The translations under genes and the position numbers were made by a program. A DNA stretch of 34,540 nucleotides from a virus (Duplodnaviria > Caudoviricetes): the IMG/VR virus record IMGVR_UViG_3300032328_000724, positions 1-34,540 of that record; one strand, 5' to 3'. The notes below the pieces were generated by a model. It was not told the origin of the DNA and did not search any database. It worked only from the letters and a program-made list of their open reading frames with translations. Shown in pieces: positions 1 to 9,530 of this stretch (its first letter is position 1; each line of letters starts with the position of its first letter).

Positions 1-2
1 CG

Positions 3-794
3 GCAATATCAGGAACGACTCTTACGGGGCAAGCATCTTCGGGGGATGCAGGTGTATTGGCGAACGAGTATCGAAACTTTCAGATTCGCATTGTCGAAGA
101 CCTAACTAACCCAACAGCAGTAGGGCAGCGACGACGCATTACGTCGCACACGGCTGGAGTGTCGCCGGTTTACACTGTCCCAACATGGACCGTTACGCCA
201 TCGGCTACAGCGAAGTATATGATCGAAAACAACAATGATATTCTGTTATGGACGTCGACAAGCACGTCGACGTTCCGATATGTAGCGGATGCTTGGGATA
301 CTACAACGTACGCGGTAGCGCCAGCGGCAAGATCGACAGGCACGATTGCGTTTCATCCATTCGCAACAGTTCTTAATTCAGAAAAGACGATTCGCCACTC
401 GCATATTTACACGTTTCGGGGCGGGGCGGTCAACAGCCTGGACCTCTTCGATATTGCAGGAGCAACCACCGGGTCTTGGACAGGAGGGGTACCGTACGAC
501 AATCAAGGGCCAGTAACTGTTAACACGTCGTCTGGAGTAGCGTATAGTGCAGTTGATAACGATGCAATGATTTGTCCGGTTCAATTATCTGGACAACAGG
601 CAAATATGTACGTTTTTGACGTCGATAAAATGTCTCTACGAGCGTACTCGCCATGCCCACAAATTTCGTCGAGCCCACTAGATGGCAACCGATTAGCAGT
701 CGATACATACGTCGATGGGACGGATAAGAAAGCGATGTTTTACTTCATCCCAACTAATCAGACGTACATGCTTCGAAGCTTATTTTTTAACTAG
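3..794 (+). CDS. 5'-truncated putative virion protein with Kelch/beta-propeller-like repeats
   Basis: Frame is open from position 3 (AISGTTLTGQ...), so the start lies upstream of the window. T/S/G/A-rich, with a Kelch-like segment IYTFRGGAVNSLDLFDIAGATTGSW. Confidence 0.45.
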   Translation, partial: AISGTTLTGQASSGDAGVLANEYRNFQIRIVEDLTNPTAVGQRRRITSHTAGVSPVYTVPTWTVTPSATAKYMIENNNDILLWTSTSTSTFRYVADAWDTTTYAVAPAARSTGTIAFHPFATVLNSEKTIRHSHIYTFRGGAVNSLDLFDIAGATTGSWTGGVPYDNQGPVTVNTSSGVAYSAVDNDAMICPVQLSGQQANMYVFDVDKMSLRAYSPCPQISSSPLDGNRLAVDTYVDGTDKKAMFYFIPTNQTYMLRSLFFN

Positions 795-802
795 GGGTAG
801 CC

Positions 803-1168
803 ATGTTCATCGCGCCAGCAATACCACCGGCAATACCAACATCGACGATCATTGCATCGAAAGTTGTTAGTAACGCAAACGACTTTCTAGTCGCATGCAA
901 AACGTTCCAGCGAGAACAATTTCGCTTGTTTTGGTACGTCGACGGTCAACTCCGATCCAAGCAAGAGATTAACGAGATTCTTGCTAAGCTCGATTCGGCC
1001 AGCCCAGGACAATCCGCCAAATTATTTCAATCGGCCAAAGCGCTTGTCGACCTAATTTTGTCGCTGGAACCTGCCGGACTTGGGGAAGAAGACTGGATGC
1101 CTCCCTATGCGTACACGATCGACCAACAGACATGGGGCTTGCGAATAGTGGAGGATACATTTGGTTAA
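803..1168 (+). CDS. hypothetical phage protein
   Basis: ATG preceded by GGGG; fills the gap between flanking genes; no recognisable motif. Confidence 0.7.
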   Translation: MFIAPAIPPAIPTSTIIASKVVSNANDFLVACKTFQREQFRLFWYVDGQLRSKQEINEILAKLDSASPGQSAKLFQSAKALVDLILSLEPAGLGEEDWMPPYAYTIDQQTWGLRIVEDTFG

Positions 1169-1610
1169 ACGACGGTTGAACATAACTAACGCTCAATGGC
1201 TTGCAGCGATTGAAAAGGGACTAGGGCAAGACTATTTGGTCGCGGCAGAGCTGAAGATTCATCGCCACACGGTTCAGCGTAAGCGTGAGAAACATGAATG
1301 GCTTCAAAAGGCGTTTGACGACTATCGAGCGAACAACGCGCCGAGAGCCGAAGCGACCATCCTGCGCAACCTGGACAACCCCAAGGTAGCTATGTGGTAT
1401 CTCGATCGTAAAGGCAAGCACCTTGGATACGGTACGAACGTCAAGGTAGAATCGGACAATCGGAACGACATCCAGTACGTGTTCCATTACACCGAGGATG
1501 GAAGGAATCCGTACGCTCCGGGAGAGACGCCACCGGAAGAGCCAAAGCAAGAGCCCGACGAAAAACAACCAGGCGAAAGCACGGATGGACACGATGGTTC
1601 GAACGGTTGA
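1161..1610 (+). CDS. terS: terminase small subunit (HTH-containing)
   Basis: TTG start with GGAGGA RBS; N-terminal HTH-like VAAELKIHRHTVQR; AMWYLDRKGKHLGY motif typical of TerS; immediately upstream of TerL. Confidence 0.75.
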   Translation: MVKRRLNITNAQWLAAIEKGLGQDYLVAAELKIHRHTVQRKREKHEWLQKAFDDYRANNAPRAEATILRNLDNPKVAMWYLDRKGKHLGYGTNVKVESDNRNDIQYVFHYTEDGRNPYAPGETPPEEPKQEPDEKQPGESTDGHDGSNG

Positions 1611-3159
1611 AATCGGAAAGCCGCAAGACGGACCACAAAAGATTTCGTTTGGCATCAATTGCGATGTTCTGATCTACGGGGGGCAAGCCGGCGGGGGAAA
1701 GTCGTGGATGCTTGTCAACAAGCCTTTGAACAGTGTTCATATCAAAGGCTTCTACGGGGCTATCTTCCGACGAACGTTCCCACAATTGAAGGGGCAGGGC
1801 GGGGTGTGGGATGAGTGCCAAGAACCATATCGGGCACTTGGGGCACGGATGCGGGAAGGGCAAGAGCTAGACGCCACTTTTCCTAGCGGTGCAAACATCG
1901 CATTCCGGCACCTACAACACGAGAAGACAATTTACGACTATCAGGGGCATCAATTCGCCTATCTCGGATTCGATGAATTGACGCACTTTACGGAGACTCA
2001 ATTTTTCTATCTGCTTGGTCGGAATCGATCGACATGCGGGGTCAAGCCGTACGCTCGAGCAACATGCAACCCGCAACCGGGATGGGTCGCGGACTTCCTT
2101 GAATGGTGGATTGATCAGGATACAGGGCTAGGGATTCCGGAGCGATCGGGAATCGTTCGGTACTTTATCCGGAGTGGCGACTCGGACCAGATCATTTGGG
2201 GCGACTCCAAAGAGGAATTGATCGAACAGTTTCCAGAGTACTCGCCGGAAGACATCCTATCATGCACGTTCGTGATGGCGACTCTCGAGGATAACAAGAT
2301 TCTAAACAAAAAGGATCCTGGTTATCGTGGCAAGCTCATGGCGCTAAGCCGAATCGAACGCAATCGGCTACTCGGAGGGAATTGGAAGATTGCCGAAGGG
2401 GTCCAGATCGATCAGGAGTGGATCAAGCGATACACGATCAACGATAAGGGGCAATTCTGCTTTGCTTTCCAGAACGCAACATTCGCGGTACCAGCGGTTC
2501 AGATGCGACGTATCGCAACCATCGACACGGCTGGAACGTCCAAAGAGAAAGCAGCAAAGGAACGCGGGGCGGAACCATCATGGACCGTATGCGGAATATG
2601 GGACTACATTCCTTTCTATGTTGCCGACTGGAATAATAGTCCATTCAAGCTCTTCGAAATGATGTTTCTGCGATACATTTGGAGGGCTCAAGTCGACTGG
2701 AACCAACTGAAAAGCGGAATCCAAGAGACGCTTGACGTATGGTCGCCAGCAAAGACCTACATTGAAAACGCTCACCATGGTCAACCCCTCAAGGCTGAAT
2801 TGAAGGGGCATCCAAGCGAGCTAATTGGGCCAGTGTTGCCAGGAATGGCCGATGGTACCGAAGGGGCGAAGCTCGAGAGAGCTATCGCTAGCGGCATGTT
2901 GCAGCGATTTGAGCACGGCAAAATCTTTATACCGATGCAAGCGGTAAATATGGTTGTGCCTGATCGAATCGCAAGCGACGAAGGAAACCAAGCACACTGT
3001 TTGAACAAGGATCCGCTTTGGCTTCGCAATTTCCTGCGAGAAACAAGTATGTGGACCGGAAAGCCGAATGAAGTAGCAGATCAGATCGACATGATTTCGT
3101 ATGCGGTATACGTGGCTAAGCGATCAAGTGGTTCGTGGGGTGGAGTTATCAAAAAATGA
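1585..3159 (+). CDS. terL: terminase large subunit
   Basis: Walker A GGQAGGGKS, Walker B FDELTHF, coupling motif ATCNP, RNase H-like IATIDTAG, YIEN and DQIDMISYA. Start placed at ATG 1585 (ORF track starts at 1498). Confidence 0.93.
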   Translation: MDTMVRTVEIGKPQDGPQKISFGINCDVLIYGGQAGGGKSWMLVNKPLNSVHIKGFYGAIFRRTFPQLKGQGGVWDECQEPYRALGARMREGQELDATFPSGANIAFRHLQHEKTIYDYQGHQFAYLGFDELTHFTETQFFYLLGRNRSTCGVKPYARATCNPQPGWVADFLEWWIDQDTGLGIPERSGIVRYFIRSGDSDQIIWGDSKEELIEQFPEYSPEDILSCTFVMATLEDNKILNKKDPGYRGKLMALSRIERNRLLGGNWKIAEGVQIDQEWIKRYTINDKGQFCFAFQNATFAVPAVQMRRIATIDTAGTSKEKAAKERGAEPSWTVCGIWDYIPFYVADWNNSPFKLFEMMFLRYIWRAQVDWNQLKSGIQETLDVWSPAKTYIENAHHGQPLKAELKGHPSELIGPVLPGMADGTEGAKLERAIASGMLQRFEHGKIFIPMQAVNMVVPDRIASDEGNQAHCLNKDPLWLRNFLRETSMWTGKPNEVADQIDMISYAVYVAKRSSGSWGGVIKK

Positions 3160-3482
3160 CAGCAGGGAAGTCACAAACAGGCGATTTAGACGGGATCAAA
3201 ACGCACGACGAAGATCCGTTTCTAAACATATCAACCGTCGGTCGCGCACTCGGGAAGCATCGAAGCACTATCCGCGATTGGATCGATTCTGGGATTTTGA
3301 AAGCCGAGCGAGTCGGCAAGCTGGACAAAGTTCGCAAGAGTACCCTTATCCGGCTTCTCGAGGGATCGGCATTGGGGGAGGATTTGGAAATTCTCGAGCG
3401 AGTAGACGGGCTCGAGGGAGACGACGATAATCGTGGACCGGAGCGAGACCAACCAACTAACACCGAAACGGAAGACAGTTAA
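3156..3482 (+). CDS. excisionase/MerR-like winged HTH DNA-binding protein
   Basis: LNISTVGRALGKHRSTIRDWIDSGILKAERVG matches the Xis/HTH_17 pattern; ATGA overlap with the terL stop; acidic tail. Confidence 0.75.
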   Translation: MTAGKSQTGDLDGIKTHDEDPFLNISTVGRALGKHRSTIRDWIDSGILKAERVGKLDKVRKSTLIRLLEGSALGEDLEILERVDGLEGDDDNRGPERDQPTNTETEDS

Positions 3483-3487
3483 GCATT

Positions 3488-4642
3488 ATGGCAACACGAC
3501 GATGGCTAGGGACAGCGGTACCAGTTCGACAACGGACCACGATTACAGTCGGAGGAACGATCGTAGCGGCGGACGTTTTTACCGTCGTTTGTGGATTCTC
3601 AAACGTGTCCATTATCGCGGCGGATACTGTTGCTGCGAACGTAGCGGCACAACTGCTAGCAGCATTGCAAGCGGGGTCGCAAGAGTTTAAGGACGCTACC
3701 TGGACAATCGCCGGGGCGGTCATAACTGGGACAGGCTTTCCCGGTGTTCCGTTTGTTGTGACGTCTAGCGCCACAGGAAGCGGAACGTCGACGTGTGTTA
3801 CGGCGACCCCGACAGCAGCATCAGGACCAAACTATGCGGACGTAGCTGCTAACTGGAGTGGTGGGGCATTGCCGGCAGTTACCGACACTGTTTACATCGA
3901 AGCGAATACACCCCCAATTCTTTACGGGCTCACGTCGATAACGGGATTGTTTGCTAGAACGGTTGTCGAATCAGGAGCGCCACAGATAGGGCTACCAGCG
4001 ATCAGCAGTCGAGGCTATCGCGAATATCGGCAACAATGGTGGTCGATCAATACGACTTTGCTCGAGGTCGGGAACGCCGGTACCGAAGTTAGCGGGGCGA
4101 TTGTCAAGATCGATCTAAAATCAACAGCAACGACAACCATCGTTCGATCAACAGGGCAGGGGACCACAACGGAACCACCATTGCAACTTATTGGCGGGGC
4201 TTCAGCAACGGCAACGATCGAGACCGGGACCGTGGCTATCGCAGACAGCGCAGTCGATGCAGCGGCATACACAACGATTACGGTCGGAGCTGGAGCGAAC
4301 GTAAAGCTTGGTGCAACGTGCACGCACACGACGATCAACACGTATGGTGTTCTTCTGATTGAGAACACGGTAACGAATTTGAACGTCAAGGGAGGGCGAA
4401 CAAGCTCTTCGGGTACGGTGACGAATCTGGACGTGTCGGGATCCGGCATTTTCAATTGGGCTTCGAACAATACGATTGTTGCGGCATTGGTGGGACCGGG
4501 AACGCTTCAGTCGGGAGACAGTCGCGCCAAGACCGTCACAACGTTGACTCTTCGCGCCAGGGCTCAATTGATCGATTCCCAAGGAGTTATCACGGTAACG
4601 ACCATGCTAAAATCCGGTGTTCAAAGTATCTCAACGAACTAA
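3488..4642 (+). CDS. putative virion structural protein (T/A/G/V-rich, beta-helix-like C-terminus)
   Basis: Very T/A/G/V-rich; repeated TVTNLxVxG strands; WSGGALP motif reminiscent of passenger/beta-helix repeats. Confidence 0.55.
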   Translation: MATRRWLGTAVPVRQRTTITVGGTIVAADVFTVVCGFSNVSIIAADTVAANVAAQLLAALQAGSQEFKDATWTIAGAVITGTGFPGVPFVVTSSATGSGTSTCVTATPTAASGPNYADVAANWSGGALPAVTDTVYIEANTPPILYGLTSITGLFARTVVESGAPQIGLPAISSRGYREYRQQWWSINTTLLEVGNAGTEVSGAIVKIDLKSTATTTIVRSTGQGTTTEPPLQLIGGASATATIETGTVAIADSAVDAAAYTTITVGAGANVKLGATCTHTTINTYGVLLIENTVTNLNVKGGRTSSSGTVTNLDVSGSGIFNWASNNTIVAALVGPGTLQSGDSRAKTVTTLTLRARAQLIDSQGVITVTTMLKSGVQSISTN

Positions 4643-4671
4643 AGCCGAGCGTATCTACCAAAACGCCGGTT

Positions 4672-4734
4672 CAAAAACGCTAGAAACGCGGGAAACGCGA
4701 GTTTCGCGGGAAACGCGGGAAACGCGGGTTTTGT
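4672..4734. repeat. tandem 9-bp direct repeat array (consensus GGGAAACGC, about 7 units)
   Basis: caaaaacgc tagaaacgc gggaaacgc gagtttcgc gggaaacgc gggaaacgc gggttttgt, in the intergenic region before the head genes. Confidence 0.85.
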
Positions 4735-4772
4735 CGGGTAAACCGCGATTGTTCATTTTGGATTGTTTGGGT

Positions 4773-4796
4773 CCATGCCTTTTAATGAGGGCATGG
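4773..4796 (+). promoter_or_regulatory. hairpin CCATGCC-ttttaatgag-GGCATGG covering the RBS and start codon of the protease gene; loop contains -10-like TTTAAT
   Basis: Perfect 7-bp inverted repeat (extendable with G-U pairs) spanning GAGG and ATG 4793. Confidence 0.5.
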
Positions 4797-6067
4797 CAAA
4801 ACAATTTCGCAAAACAATGCTTCGTGTCGGTGTATACGAGTCTCTCGACGGGACCATCGTTGTTACTCCGAAACGTCTAAAGCATTGGGCGAACGAAGTA
4901 AGGCGAATCCAAAACGCGGGTTATACGATCCCTGTCCACTGGGACCATCCAGACCTAGCCGATATGTCAGCGCCAAAACGCATGAGCACGTCGAAAGGGG
5001 TTAGTCGATCGTCGCAAGATACGTGTGGCAATCTCAAAAACTTTCGCGTTACCGCAGACGGGAAAGCCGCAGAGCTAACTATCGAAGCAACAACCCCATC
5101 GGCTATCGAGAAACTGGAAACCAATACGGTTTTTGTATCGCCGGTGTTGTTCGATTCTTGGAAGGATTCCAAGAGCAACACGTATCGCGACTTGATCGGC
5201 TCATGCGACTTGGTCGACTATCCGGTCGATCACTCCCAAGGGCCGTTTGTCCCAGTTTTGCAAGCCATGTCGTGCATCCGTATGTCCAATTCTCCAACAC
5301 GATATCGAATGGGTCCAACCATGGCAAAGCCTGGAATGACGGAAGAGGATGAAGTTGATTATGAGGATACAACCGAATCAGGCGATGACGGTGGCATGGG
5401 ATCCAGTGTTGACATGGAACCCGGTACCACAGCAGCGGATGATACCACCGAACCAAAACCAACCGAGGCACCAACTACCGGAACAAGTGTTGCCGACGTG
5501 GTTGCTTTGCTTGCTCAAATTTATGTTGTTCTCCCTGACGATACCACTACCGTCAATTTCCTAGAGCGATTGCGACCGGCTCTTATGACAGCGGTCGCGG
5601 CAAACGCTCAACCAGCGCCAGACGAACCAGCAACCGAGCTACCACCGGAGCAGATGCAACAGCCACAATTGGCCGAGCAACCACAGATTGCGACGATGAG
5701 CTTGGCGAATCGAATCAAGAAGCTTGAGGGGGAAAAGATCGAATCTGCCAGAGCAGCGTTACGACGACGCGCCAAGGCACTACTCGATTCCGGTCGATGC
5801 TCTCCCCATGAGTTCAAAACCATCGTTTCCAAGGTCAGTGTTCAGAAAATGTCGCTAACGGCAAAAGACACTGTTTCAGCCGGTGAAGCGGCGGTTTGGA
5901 TCCGGGCTAAGGAAGCGAATCCAGCGGGGTCCGTTTGGACACCGAGCGAACGTGTGCAACGCATGAGCGTTAAGCCCGTAGCTGCTCCTACATCGTGGGA
6001 CGCGAAAGCAACGATGACTCAAAGCCAAGAAGACGAAGCGGTAAACGCTTTGCTGAAACGTAAGTAG
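4793..6067 (+). CDS. Mu gpI-like prohead protease / scaffold
   Basis: VHWDH, FVSPVL and DLVDYPV match Mu gpI-type protease motifs; acidic/Pro-rich linker and helical scaffold-like C-terminus; lies before decoration and capsid genes. Start at ATG 4793 after GAGG. Confidence 0.7.
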   Translation: MAKQFRKTMLRVGVYESLDGTIVVTPKRLKHWANEVRRIQNAGYTIPVHWDHPDLADMSAPKRMSTSKGVSRSSQDTCGNLKNFRVTADGKAAELTIEATTPSAIEKLETNTVFVSPVLFDSWKDSKSNTYRDLIGSCDLVDYPVDHSQGPFVPVLQAMSCIRMSNSPTRYRMGPTMAKPGMTEEDEVDYEDTTESGDDGGMGSSVDMEPGTTAADDTTEPKPTEAPTTGTSVADVVALLAQIYVVLPDDTTTVNFLERLRPALMTAVAANAQPAPDEPATELPPEQMQQPQLAEQPQIATMSLANRIKKLEGEKIESARAALRRRAKALLDSGRCSPHEFKTIVSKVSVQKMSLTAKDTVSAGEAAVWIRAKEANPAGSVWTPSERVQRMSVKPVAAPTSWDAKATMTQSQEDEAVNALLKRK

Positions 6068-6105
6068 ACCTACCAAGCAACCATATCAATTAAAGCGAGA
6101 CCATT

Positions 6106-6939
6106 ATGAACGTCGGACACTTCGGAACACCAGGGGTAGGCGCAGCAGACTTCTCAGTCGATTTCGAAATCATTTGGGGCGGAGACGAAAGCAAGCTCGA
6201 GATTCTTCGCGATGGACCGCAATTCGATTCGGCAATGGTCGATGCTGCGAACACCCCGACTAGCGTTATCCGCAAGGGTATGCTTTTGGGTCAGGTGACA
6301 GCGACGTCGAAGGTCAAACAATGGGATCCGGCAGCGACCGACGGTACCCAAACTCTTGTCGGAGTACTTGGAGTCGAATTGCACATGGTCGATGGCTTCT
6401 TTGTTGCAGTCGATCGACGCGGGCCGATGATTGTGCGAGCCCCACTAAAGGCCAAGTTCCTGAAAATCGCCGGAGCTGCTTTGGTCGGTAACGCAAACGA
6501 GTACTTGGCAAGAAACGCTCTTGCAATGCTTGGTTGTTTGTTGGATGACGACAAGACAAACAGCTTGTCGGGCATTTATCAACGTCAGTCGACCAAGATC
6601 ACTAACTATACAGTTGTTGCAGCGGACAATAACACACGCTTTACCGCGACCACAGCGGATGCGACGTTCACTTTGCCAACAATCCGAGCCGGTTTGAAGT
6701 TCGAGTTTCTGCGAGCTTCTGACCATAACTTGGTTATCACCAGCGCAGCGGGTGACGACATCATCGTCGGAAACGATTTGACAGCGGATTCGATTACCTA
6801 CTCCACAGCGGGTAACAAGATCGGCGCTCGTGTAACGGTCGAAGCAATTTATGTCGGGGCCGCTTTGCGATGGTTGGCAACAATCAACGTAGCTCCATTC
6901 TCAACGGGTACCTTGCTTACTCAAACGTTGGCAACTTAG
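6106..6939 (+). CDS. head decoration protein (lambda gpD-like N-terminus) with extra C-terminal beta domain
   Basis: IRKGMLLGQVTATSKVKQWDPAATDGTQTLVGVL is gpD-like; C-terminal NYTVVAAD...TFTLP...AGLKFEF beta domain; between protease and capsid. Confidence 0.7.
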   Translation: MNVGHFGTPGVGAADFSVDFEIIWGGDESKLEILRDGPQFDSAMVDAANTPTSVIRKGMLLGQVTATSKVKQWDPAATDGTQTLVGVLGVELHMVDGFFVAVDRRGPMIVRAPLKAKFLKIAGAALVGNANEYLARNALAMLGCLLDDDKTNSLSGIYQRQSTKITNYTVVAADNNTRFTATTADATFTLPTIRAGLKFEFLRASDHNLVITSAAGDDIIVGNDLTADSITYSTAGNKIGARVTVEAIYVGAALRWLATINVAPFSTGTLLTQTLAT

Positions 6940-6984
6940 TCGTAGTTCGTTCTGTACTTCACCATTTCATAAAGAGGGAAAAAC

Positions 6985-8130
6985 ATGGCTTCACTACAGA
7001 GCCTACTATCACCACAGGTGCTAACGCGAGTTGTATCGCAAGTCGCACAAAGTTCCGATTGGCTTGCTACCTTGTTTGGGGTGCAAGTAGGTGGTCCAAA
7101 CGTGCTCAATTATGGGCATGGTCGCGAGGGTGCTTACCATATTTACAACAACGTCCGAAAGGTCGGTAAAGGTAGAGCGCCAGGGACAGCGGCGGGGCGA
7201 CGTGCTCCCAACCCGATGGGCAAAGTAATGTTCACATATCCACGGATGCACGAACAAACTTCCCTATCGGCGGAAGTACTCCACAACCTTGGAAAGATCG
7301 AGGATCCAGCGGTTCGGGATCGAGCCGGGGCGGATATGATCAGTCGCCAAACAAAGACCATGGGGCAGATTGCTGCTAACTGGCGCAAGGCAATGCTTAT
7401 CGGTATGCTTCGCGATTCGCTTTGGACTGTAATTGATGGTGACGATGAGTACTTCACACTCAGCGATCCAGGATCGGGCAACCGTCAACGCATTAACTTC
7501 CAGATGCCAGCGGCGAACAAGACCCAACTGAACATGCTTGGGGCAGGTAACATCATTACAGGCACTTGGGCAAGTGATGCAACGGACATTCCTTTGCAAC
7601 TTGGAAACATCAACGCAGCTTTCCAACAACTAAACGGTGGTCACTTAGCAGCGATTATCACCAATTGGGCAGTTTTCAACAACGTTATCCAGAACGCTTT
7701 CGTTCAGGCTCTCCACGGTACATCTTCGCCACCATTCCAACAGATCACTCGAGAAGTCGATGGAGATGTCGGGAACACAATGAAGAACGTTTACCGAGCT
7801 ACACTTACCTTTATGCCAGACGTCGTGTGGTACATCACCGACGAAGGTTTGGACATGGGGCTTGAAGGTGCGGAGACGTACAACAAGATTGTGGCAGCTA
7901 ACCAAGCTACGTTCGTGGGCTTCGAACCAGGAGACGACGTTGTTGGATGCTACGAAGGTAGCGAACCAATCGCGGAATACGATGGTGCACCTATCAACGT
8001 CAAGGTTGGTATGTCGGCATGGTCGGTCGCTCGAGCAAACCCAACGGCAACAGACTTGTTCTCGCTGGACAACGCTTTGATCGTCAACCACGTTCCTACG
8101 AGTATCGCCACCGGTACCGTTGTGTTCTAA
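6985..8130 (+). CDS. major capsid protein (lambda gpE-like, HK97 fold)
   Basis: 381 aa, GAGGG RBS, position after decoration protein, INFQMPAANK and W-x5-DI motifs typical of Phage_cap_E; followed by a hairpin. Confidence 0.78.
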   Translation: MASLQSLLSPQVLTRVVSQVAQSSDWLATLFGVQVGGPNVLNYGHGREGAYHIYNNVRKVGKGRAPGTAAGRRAPNPMGKVMFTYPRMHEQTSLSAEVLHNLGKIEDPAVRDRAGADMISRQTKTMGQIAANWRKAMLIGMLRDSLWTVIDGDDEYFTLSDPGSGNRQRINFQMPAANKTQLNMLGAGNIITGTWASDATDIPLQLGNINAAFQQLNGGHLAAIITNWAVFNNVIQNAFVQALHGTSSPPFQQITREVDGDVGNTMKNVYRATLTFMPDVVWYITDEGLDMGLEGAETYNKIVAANQATFVGFEPGDDVVGCYEGSEPIAEYDGAPINVKVGMSAWSVARANPTATDLFSLDNALIVNHVPTSIATGTVVF

Positions 8131-8158
8131 ACGATTGTCCACAGCGGCAAAAAATCCT

Positions 8159-8194
8159 AAGTAGGCAAGCCGCAACGCTTGCCTATTTCCTTTT
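8159..8194 (+). terminator. putative intrinsic terminator after the capsid gene
   Basis: TAGGCAAGC-cgcaac-GCTTGCCTA perfect 9-bp stem followed by TTTCCTTTT. Confidence 0.7.
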
Positions 8195-8203
8195 GGGGGT
8201 ATC

Positions 8204-8716
8204 ATGGCAGTCGTCCTAACCACTTACGAAAAGATCCGGCGATTCCTTGCAACCCAGGGCATGCAATCCTTTGTTGATGAAGAGGAAGAGACGGTAAACG
8301 ATGAGATAGCGCTTACCACAGCGGAAATAGCGGGTCGAGTTTCGTCCAAGTACGACATCGATTCGCTAATGCAATCTCCGATGGTCGATTCCATGGCGAA
8401 AATCATCACGGCGCGGAATCTTTGCACCAATCGCGGCAATCCTATTCCGGAGTCGATCGAGCTTCGGTACCAAGAGATTGTTGGGGCAGGTGGAAAGCTT
8501 GACATGATTGCCATGGGCAAGCTTAAACTCTTGGACGAAAACGGGATTCCGTTACGCGGTCGACTTGGCTTCGCTCCTGGAATGAAGAATCTACGAGTCG
8601 ATCGAAGCTACGTTAATGAGACCGTACGAGTTGTTACGTCCATTTCGACAAAGAACGACAGTACCCCACTCGAGCAAGACACGGCGACAAGATCACTTGG
8701 GGGCTTCGATGGTTGA
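8204..8716 (+). CDS. head-tail connector, Mu gp36/DUF1320-like
   Basis: EIAGRVSSKY...ELRYQE...LDMIAMGKLKL pattern; first gene after the capsid. Confidence 0.7.
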   Translation: MAVVLTTYEKIRRFLATQGMQSFVDEEEETVNDEIALTTAEIAGRVSSKYDIDSLMQSPMVDSMAKIITARNLCTNRGNPIPESIELRYQEIVGAGGKLDMIAMGKLKLLDENGIPLRGRLGFAPGMKNLRVDRSYVNETVRVVTSISTKNDSTPLEQDTATRSLGGFDG

Positions 8717-9530
8717 TCAGGTCACGATCAGACGCGGCGGGAAGTCTTACGCCAAGCATCTTGTTCGCTTGTATGTTCGTTCATTGACAGGTCGAACAGC
8801 GGACTTGGGCGGACATGCAAAGGGAGTGTTTTATGCGGTTGGGATTACGGCTCTTACCGATATCCAGGATGCCTATTTAATCAAGGCACGGGGCGGGACC
8901 GACGCATGCGGTATCAAGTGGCCTCCTTTGTCAAAAGCGTACTTGGCTTATCAACGTCGATTTGGACCAGGGGAGCAAGCCGCACTTAAACGCGCTGCAG
9001 GTCTCAAGCCGCATCACTATCATGGAGTCCAAGGCAATGGCGGACTACTCTCCAAGGCGCAGCAAAAGCGATGGTACCAACTGTACGGGGGGAATCTTGC
9101 TTGGTTATCGGCTCGAGTCGAAGAATCAAAAGCAAAGAACATCGCAGCGGCGATGGCATGGACCAAGATCAAGGAAGAGGGCGCTAAGACAAAGCTTGAA
9201 GTGTTCGGAAGCCGCATCGTTGATATCCTCATGGATACAGATACGCTCTACAATTCTTTGAGCCCAGGCTACCTATCGGGTACCGTCTACACTCCCAAAG
9301 CGGAAGCGGAAGACAACCAAGTCTTCACAGCATTGTCCGATGGCATCATTATCGGAACCAATCTGATCTACGCACGTACGCACAACCAGGGCGATCCAAA
9401 ACGAGGGATCCCAAAGCGGGAATTTTTACCCTCAGATCCTCCAATGGAATGGCTCAATCGATGGGCAAAAGTCGCGATTGAGGCAATTGCCGAAGGGCTA
9501 GCCAACTCGATACAGGAGGCTCGACAATGA
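8709..9530 (+). CDS. virion morphogenesis protein, Mu gpG / P2 gpS-like
   Basis: WPPLS, LMDTDTLYNSL, IGTNLIYARTHNQG and IPKREFL motifs; start at ATG 8709. Confidence 0.8.
   Translation: MVDQVTIRRGGKSYAKHLVRLYVRSLTGRTADLGGHAKGVFYAVGITALTDIQDAYLIKARGGTDACGIKWPPLSKAYLAYQRRFGPGEQAALKRAAGLKPHHYHGVQGNGGLLSKAQQKRWYQLYGGNLAWLSARVEESKAKNIAAAMAWTKIKEEGAKTKLEVFGSRIVDILMDTDTLYNSLSPGYLSGTVYTPKAEAEDNQVFTALSDGIIIGTNLIYARTHNQGDPKRGIPKREFLPSDPPMEWLNRWAKVAIEAIAEGLANSIQEARQ

Noticed and set aside
1498-1584. Longer N-terminus for TerL
   Set aside because: Overlaps terS extensively and encodes low-complexity basic sequence; ATG 1585 or 1594 is more plausible.
3156-3482. True excisionase marking an integration module
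   Set aside because: No integrase or att-like site in the window; position after terL favours a regulatory or packaging role.
3488-4642. Tail sheath assignment
   Set aside because: Only the N-terminal ~110 aa resemble sheath insertion domains; no sheath C-terminal core, and it lies outside the tail operon.
4672-4734. Repeat array as a CRISPR array
   Set aside because: Units are 9 bp, contiguous and have no spacers; no cas genes in the window.
4617-4880. ORF with ETRETRVSRETRETRV repeats
   Set aside because: Product of the 9-bp DNA repeat; overlaps two better-supported genes.
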